This document shows, in pieces, positions 58,164-64,000 of a stretch of 64,000 bases of DNA. Source of the DNA: Candidatus Heimdallarchaeota archaeon (GTDB taxonomy: Archaea; Asgardarchaeota; Heimdallarchaeia; Heimdallarchaeales; Heimdallarchaeaceae). Position numbers and translations under genes: made by a program. Every line of letters begins with the position of its first letter. The stretch's first letter is position 1. The stretch covers positions 8,836 to 72,835 of the forward strand of contig JABCTC010000017.1 in assembly GCA_018238545.1 (NCBI GenBank), in the 5' to 3' direction. The notes under the pieces are model-generated. The model did no database searches, was not told the DNA's origin, and was given only the letters and a program-made list of their open reading frames with translations.

Positions 58164-59540
58164 ATGAAGTCTCTAAAAAAGATATGTATCATCTGTGGTG
58201 AAAATAATCATCATAATAGGATGTACTGTAAGAAGTGTGGTGTTTTAAGCATATCTAAAGAGATTTTGTGTCCTGAATGTAATGAACCAATAGAATTGAA
58301 AGATAAGAAATGTTTCGTATGTGGAAATGTGTTTGAAGAAACTAAAGAAGATATAGATGAGAAAAATAATCTATTCGAAAGCGAAAAGGAAGAATTCATA
58401 GATTTTTTTAGAAAACGAAGATATGGTATTGAGACTGATTTTCTATTAGATGAATTAAGAAATAAACTCCAATCTTATCCAACAGTAACAATATTGTTTT
58501 CAGATGATTGTCCAGAGGAGCTTGAAAACTACTACAATATAAAGAATAAGGAGAATACAGCAGAAAAATTGGAAGATTTAGCAAAGTCTTTTTTCAAAGA
58601 AGTTATGAAAATACCCCTAATGGCAGGCAGATATGTAAATATTGTCGAATCAATAATCTGTTATCTAGGAGAGAGAAGGATAGAAAGCGAAGAAGCGATA
58701 AGAAAAGCAGTTTCAGTTATATTAAGATGCAATGAAGAATATTATAAGAATCTTTTAATGATGACAGAAGAAAGGGATGCACAAATTTTCATTATTAAAA
58801 GTTGGACAATAAATTGTACCATGCAGATGAACTATAGAGTTGATATGAGAAATATCGCAAATATAGTATCTACAAGAGCAGGATTAATGTTTAGATTAGG
58901 AGAGATTTTTAAAAATAATAGATATAAAAAAGAAGAATTCAAACATCTTTATGTAAACTCTTTTTTTGGTTATATTTCTGCAATTGATGGGTACTGGTTT
59001 GATAAAGATTATAGAAATGCAAATGGATTATTGAAAAGAGTTTCATCTTTAATTCTACAAAATGAATCACACACTAAAGAGGGAACATCATACGAATGTG
59101 CTGAGAGAATATTAACTATTATGCGAGATTCAGTTGAGGAAGCTTTTTTTGAGATAAATTTACCAGAACAATATTATGAAGGAGTAAACATAGCATTAAA
59201 TTTTGTATTAGAGATACTAAATCTGGAAATACATTCAGGAGAATCTGCTGGTATTGTTGTTGGTTCTATGATGATTGTTGAAAAATTGATGGAAATGGAT
59301 CCATTGAGAATATTTGAGTCAAAAATCATTAATAATTTTGTTCAAATTCTTCTGAGATATTATAAAGAAAGTATAAATTCATTCGTTGATTATATTGAAG
59401 AATTAGGTGAGAAAATTGAAAATAAGTTTAAGAAAAAACTATTAATTCTGGTAGTGGATACTGTAAACGAATCAGATTCTATTAAAACAGAAGAAAAAAA
59501 TAAGATTATAAAAAAAGTAAAAGAAAAACTATTAGAATAG
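58164..59540 (+). CDS. Protein with N-terminal double zinc ribbon and a helical body
   Basis: Four CxxC pairs within about the first 55 aa. Confidence 0.7.
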   Translation: MKSLKKICIICGENNHHNRMYCKKCGVLSISKEILCPECNEPIELKDKKCFVCGNVFEETKEDIDEKNNLFESEKEEFIDFFRKRRYGIETDFLLDELRNKLQSYPTVTILFSDDCPEELENYYNIKNKENTAEKLEDLAKSFFKEVMKIPLMAGRYVNIVESIICYLGERRIESEEAIRKAVSVILRCNEEYYKNLLMMTEERDAQIFIIKSWTINCTMQMNYRVDMRNIANIVSTRAGLMFRLGEIFKNNRYKKEEFKHLYVNSFFGYISAIDGYWFDKDYRNANGLLKRVSSLILQNESHTKEGTSYECAERILTIMRDSVEEAFFEINLPEQYYEGVNIALNFVLEILNLEIHSGESAGIVVGSMMIVEKLMEMDPLRIFESKIINNFVQILLRYYKESINSFVDYIEELGEKIENKFKKKLLILVVDTVNESDSIKTEEKNKIIKKVKEKLLE

Positions 59541-59558
59541 GATATGGTCAGAAATTTG

Positions 59559-60092
59559 CTATTTAGTTCTCCTTTTCAGATAAAACCAAATGCCTACTCC
59601 AGAACCAGCTAAAATAGCTACAGAACCGATCACTAAACCAATTATCAAACCAATGTTAATAGTTCCAAGAAAAGTAACAACAACATCAAGTTGAGCAAAT
59701 GTAGAAGGATTAGTATGAAGAATAGCAAGGTAGTAAGAACCAGCAGGACCAAGCTTAACAGTATATTTTTTAGTAACAAGCTGGTTTGTTTGCCCTTCAA
59801 TTTCGACAGCAAGGTAGAAGTTTTCTTCTGGAATATCGTAACCAGATACTAAACGGTTATAGTCAACAGAAGAGAGAACGAAAGGGATAGCTTCATCTCC
59901 GTTAAGAGTAATCTCAACGGATATTCTAGAATTATCTTCATTAAAATTATGTGACCAAGTCCATCGATCTTCGTAACTGAGGGTAATAGAAGTATTGAGA
60001 AGAACCTCAGAGGCGGAAGTAGAATAGATGGGAAGGAAGAGAAATAGAGAGAGAATGAAGATTGGTAGTAGTTTGTATTTTTTATTTTTCAT
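59559..60092 (-). CDS. Secreted beta-sandwich protein with C-terminal TM
   Basis: Signal peptide, GSYYLAI strand, TM + KRRTK. Confidence 0.65.
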   Translation of the reverse strand: MKNKKYKLLPIFILSLFLFLPIYSTSASEVLLNTSITLSYEDRWTWSHNFNEDNSRISVEITLNGDEAIPFVLSSVDYNRLVSGYDIPEENFYLAVEIEGQTNQLVTKKYTVKLGPAGSYYLAILHTNPSTFAQLDVVVTFLGTINIGLIIGLVIGSVAILAGSGVGIWFYLKRRTK

Positions 60093-62733
60093 TTTTTATC
60101 AACTCCTTTTTATTTATAGATTTTAAAACATTTTTTAGACATAATTTAATCACAACAATAATCATCATAATTAGAGGAAAAACAACAATATTCAAGGAGG
60201 ATACATTATCAGTGATAGATGGGGAAAAATGTATTAGCTCAGAAGGAAAAGAATAGAAGATAAAATCTTCAAATTCAAAACAAATGATAGAGTAATAATA
60301 ATCTTGACTGAAATTAGAGCAGTCTAGAAAACCGGAATAAGTATTCAGATCCAGAGAGTGAAGGGAGAAAGAAGAAACACACATCTTATCAGAATTATAG
60401 ATAAAAGCGTGAATACTAGAAGAAGGTAAAATCTCATCTATAAGACTAGAGGGGAAGAGAGTGAGATTAACAGACACTTGAAGTTCCATAGAAACATTAT
60501 CAAGGAAAATAAGAGGTCTAGATAGTTCCAAATCAAGAGAAAGAGTAATGCAAGATAAGTAAGAATAAAGAGAAAAATTACCCGTGGTGATATTTAGAAA
60601 CAAATCATAACTTCCAGGGAGGAGAGAGGAGAGAGACCAACAGCCACCCCAGCCAAAATAGTTTCCTAAATCAAAAACTGGAAACCAAGAATCATTAGAA
60701 ATTGAACCTATAACGGAAATTACAACTAAATCTGTTTCTCCCCCAAAGAAAATATCTGTACCATTTAAAAACAAGATATGCAAATCATACAAGGAAAAAT
60801 GGGTTTTATTTTGAAGAATTGTAGGATAAGAATAGTGAAGTTGGAATGGATTAATAGTTTGTAAAGAAATAGGAACAAAGTCACCCAAACCATTATTTCC
60901 AGCTTTCAAGGGATAGAATTCATCAATATGAGAGAGAGAGATAAGAATAGAAGTAGTAGAGGGAGTTGTAACAACATCAATAGAAGAGTTTGAAGTAGTA
61001 AACCACTGAAAATCAATCAGATTTGTTCCTGAAAAAAAGAACAACGTGATACCAATATTTTTTCTTTGAGAATTAATAAGAACGATATCAAATGAAGTAG
61101 AAGAAATATCTACAAGAACACTGTAAAAACCATAGTAAGGGATAGAATAATACTTGACAGTTTCATCTGAAACAAAAGACAAAGGAGAGAGAGAAAAGTC
61201 AAGATTAGTGAAACTAAGGGAATTAGAAAGAGAGAGATGATCAAGAAATAAAGACAATTGCCAGTTGAAGAAGAAATCGTTGAAAGTCAAATTTACAGTT
61301 GAAAGAAATGTAGAGAGACTGACAATGGAGGAGTAAGTGTCATTAACGATGGTTGTTAAAACTCCAGAACCAAATTGCTCATAGAAATAAAGTAGGAAAA
61401 GATAAGCACCGCCATAATCAATTCTAACATCATTACCCCCAGAAGAGAGATAATTCCAAAAGACAAGAGAATCGTCATAACTGTATTGGAAGTAGTTGCG
61501 AGCAAAGTAAGAGAGATTATCCCATTCAGTAGGCATAGTATTAGTTAGATAACCTGCTAATTCAGCACAACCTTCATCGAACCAAGTGAGTTCGTCTTGA
61601 TCGTGATTAAAGTGAATAAGGTGTTGATACTCATGAGCAAGAGTAGTCTCAAAACGTTCAAGAAAATCTAATATTACCATTTCAAACTCGTTAGATTTGT
61701 AAATGGAAAGACCTTGACTATCAAGAAAAGATTGGGAATATTCGTTAAAAGGGTCAAAGTAACCAGCAATACCTGAAGGAAGGTTAGCAAAAAGAATGAT
61801 TACTTTACCATCACCGATATTACCAAGATTACCCTCAATATTACCGAAAACAGAATATTCAACAGGATAAATCTGATTTTCAAAAATCTCTTTCTGTTCA
61901 TCCATGACATTGAGAATAAAATCATAACCATAAGCAGAGATAATTCCTTGTTCAACAAAGAAATAGGCATGATCTGAAATAGAAACAGCTTGAGCAGAGA
62001 GAGTTCGGTAAGAAGTTAAATCATTAGCAAGACAATAGAAAGAACGAATATCATCAAGAACGTAAGAAAGTGTAGATGGAGAAACAAAAGGTGTTAGAGA
62101 AGATTTGGAAAGATGATTGTTAAGAAATTCTTTGTGTTTGTGGTAAATAGACCAAACAGGGGAAGTAGTAGAGGGATACCAATTAACAAAATCCCATAGC
62201 TCTTTAAGTGAAAGGTTGGTTTGAACAGATTTGAGTTCATTAGAATTTCTATCAAAAAGATGAAAACTAGGAACAAAAGAGAGTCCAAGAGTGGAATAAG
62301 TGGAGTAATCAATACGACCAACTAACCAAGTAACATTATTAGAGATATAATAATCGAGAAGTTCTTTCTGAGTTGATAAATCAATAAAGAGTGTCAGGAG
62401 AACTATGCTTTCATTAGAAGAAGAAATAGTCTCCCAGAATTCATCTAGAATAGGGAGTTGAGTAGAACAATCAAGACAGTTAGTAGAAGAAAACTCAAGT
62501 AATAGAATCGATCCTTCAAAATCATTAATAGTCCTTACACTTTCGTTTACAAGTACAAATGAAATGTTGTCCCATACTGATGAATCAACAGAAGATAGAT
62601 CTGAATTGTCGCTCAAATCAGAACAATCAGAACAATCTCTCGGTAAGAGAAGAGCCAGAGAAACAGAAATAGATATCACAACAATCGATAGAATAAAAAC
62701 TCCAATAATTTTAGTCTTATATTTTACTACCAC
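60082..62733 (-). CDS. Membrane-anchored thioredoxin-like domain + HExxH metallopeptidase
   Basis: LLEFSSTNCLDC; TLAHEYQHLI...WFDEGCAE; TM at both ends. Confidence 0.75.
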   Translation of the reverse strand: MVVKYKTKIIGVFILSIVVISISVSLALLLPRDCSDCSDLSDNSDLSSVDSSVWDNISFVLVNESVRTINDFEGSILLLEFSSTNCLDCSTQLPILDEFWETISSSNESIVLLTLFIDLSTQKELLDYYISNNVTWLVGRIDYSTYSTLGLSFVPSFHLFDRNSNELKSVQTNLSLKELWDFVNWYPSTTSPVWSIYHKHKEFLNNHLSKSSLTPFVSPSTLSYVLDDIRSFYCLANDLTSYRTLSAQAVSISDHAYFFVEQGIISAYGYDFILNVMDEQKEIFENQIYPVEYSVFGNIEGNLGNIGDGKVIILFANLPSGIAGYFDPFNEYSQSFLDSQGLSIYKSNEFEMVILDFLERFETTLAHEYQHLIHFNHDQDELTWFDEGCAELAGYLTNTMPTEWDNLSYFARNYFQYSYDDSLVFWNYLSSGGNDVRIDYGGAYLFLLYFYEQFGSGVLTTIVNDTYSSIVSLSTFLSTVNLTFNDFFFNWQLSLFLDHLSLSNSLSFTNLDFSLSPLSFVSDETVKYYSIPYYGFYSVLVDISSTSFDIVLINSQRKNIGITLFFFSGTNLIDFQWFTTSNSSIDVVTTPSTTSILISLSHIDEFYPLKAGNNGLGDFVPISLQTINPFQLHYSYPTILQNKTHFSLYDLHILFLNGTDIFFGGETDLVVISVIGSISNDSWFPVFDLGNYFGWGGCWSLSSLLPGSYDLFLNITTGNFSLYSYLSCITLSLDLELSRPLIFLDNVSMELQVSVNLTLFPSSLIDEILPSSSIHAFIYNSDKMCVSSFSLHSLDLNTYSGFLDCSNFSQDYYYSIICFEFEDFIFYSFPSELIHFSPSITDNVSSLNIVVFPLIMMIIVVIKLCLKNVLKSINKKELIKNEK

Positions 62734-62827
62734 AGTTTACACCTATACTTTGATGTAAAGTGGGTATAACAAAATAGGCAAGATATATTTCACAAAGAAG
62801 TATAAAAATTTACCTCCTAGAATTTAG

Positions 62828-63598
62828 TCACAATTGTTTTTGAGATTTATTCCTTTTATATTTTCTATAAATCAATATGATTAAAATACCCAAAACAACA
62901 ATACTCAGTCCTAGAATCCATTTTGGGATTAAGAAGAATTCACTGAAAAAATCAACTATTGCAAATAAACCTCCAGCTATCAATCCACCTGTTATTAAAT
63001 CCCCAATAATCATCTGCTCTTCAGGAGTATATTGAATGATCTGTCGAGGAAGTTTTTCATCTGAAACTTGAAGAGATTCAATAACTACTTCTTTAGTTAA
63101 TTTTCCATCATCTTCAATTATTTTGTTTCTGTATTCAGTTCCCAAAGATATATCTAGATACGAAACCAAAGCTATGTCTTTTGAAATAATTGAACCTTTA
63201 GCTTCATGAATGATATAAATTTCATCAGTATGATATTGCCAAACGCCGATATCCGAGTCTCTATCACTACGTTCTATTGGAAATTTAGTTTTGGTAGTAC
63301 TAATGTAAACACCAATCCAAATATCAACTTTCTTTGAATATTCTATTTCATCTTTGTGAATCATATAGTAATATATATCTTTTAATGCCTCTTCCCAAGA
63401 TTGTTGAATTTGATCCCACGACATTTTTGTCCATTTATTTAGAAAGCGAAAACCATAAACAATACCTTCAGGTGAGGTAGCAATAAGATCAATATGTGAC
63501 TGACTCACTCGAACACTTCTTTGCAGTTCTGACCAACCATTTTTCGACAGATATTTCATGAAATCTTTTGTATGATACGGTTCAACACTCATTTTCAT
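62828..63598 (-). CDS. PD-(D/E)XK-like N-domain with two C-terminal TM helices
   Basis: YL..NGW...HIDLIAT pattern; two hydrophobic helices at the C-terminus. Confidence 0.45.
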   Translation of the reverse strand: MKMSVEPYHTKDFMKYLSKNGWSELQRSVRVSQSHIDLIATSPEGIVYGFRFLNKWTKMSWDQIQQSWEEALKDIYYYMIHKDEIEYSKKVDIWIGVYISTTKTKFPIERSDRDSDIGVWQYHTDEIYIIHEAKGSIISKDIALVSYLDISLGTEYRNKIIEDDGKLTKEVVIESLQVSDEKLPRQIIQYTPEEQMIIGDLITGGLIAGGLFAIVDFFSEFFLIPKWILGLSIVVLGILIILIYRKYKRNKSQKQL

Positions 63599-63745
63599 AA
63601 TTTTAAATTACGAATCTATATTATAAAACAATATAGATAAATTAGATAGCGATACATTGTCTAAAGTATATATCCCAGATATTATTCACGTTTTCAAGAA
63701 AAAAAGAGGAGAAATTCTTGTAGAAACAGTATTCTAAGAGTGGAT

Positions 63746-64000
63746 ATGATGACTTACGCGAAGCTAACCAAGGCATGCAAAGAACTAAACATGGACTACT
63801 CACCAATAGAGAAGTCAGTAGAGATAAAAGAAGATAAAATATTACTGTACAGGGAGAAATTGGTAGTAGAGAAACATGTAAGCTACAACGAAGTAGATGA
63901 AATAATAGAGAGACAACAAGAGTATTTTAAAGAAAGAATGATAGTGTTCTACAAATGTTCGAAAGGGTATAGTAAAGACATAGATGAACCAGTGCAAACC
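63746..64000 (+). CDS. Hypothetical protein running off the window
   Basis: 85 open codons from ATG 63746 (MMTYAKLTKACKELNMDYSP...). Confidence 0.55.
   Translation, partial: MMTYAKLTKACKELNMDYSPIEKSVEIKEDKILLYREKLVVEKHVSYNEVDEIIERQQEYFKERMIVFYKCSKGYSKDIDEPVQT

Noticed and set aside
676-62758. Numerous short ORFs antisense to or nested in clear genes (e.g. 676..1089, 8197..8502, 19664..20011, 53970..54599)
   Set aside because: Shadow frames of well-supported genes.

Overview
AT-rich archaeal chromosomal DNA. An Asgard/Heimdallarchaeia-like host is inferred (not proven) from the gene content: aldehyde:ferredoxin oxidoreductase, TldD/PmbA, multi-PAS kinases, several HEAT-repeat proteins, a PARP-type zinc finger, and surface proteins with a C-terminal TM plus basic tail. 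Bases ~1-14.3 kb and ~30-57.9 kb are ordinary housekeeping, metabolic and signalling genes. Between them (~14.33-29.93 kb) is an ~15.6 kb integrated plasmid-like element with no recognisable virion or conjugation genes. It encodes a short large-serine-type recombinase, an AAA+/MCM-like helicase module, about six ribbon-helix-helix regulators, a ClpP-class (SDH) protease pair, and a candidate self-processing toxin (clan CD protease + Gly/Pro linker + hydrophobic domain) with a putative immunity gene. At its right end is a compact module: an origin-like non-coding region, a cas-less CRISPR mini-array (4 identical 37-bp repeats, 3 spacers) bracketed by two perfect 18-bp parS-like palindromes, a possible structured RNA, a candidate anti-repeat, an unannotated Cys-rich micro-ORF and a wHTH/Rep_trans-like/wHTH protein. 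This module is the strongest candidate for an undescribed system. The last ~6 kb is a compositionally skewed accessory region. All calls are by-eye motif recognition; no database searches were run.
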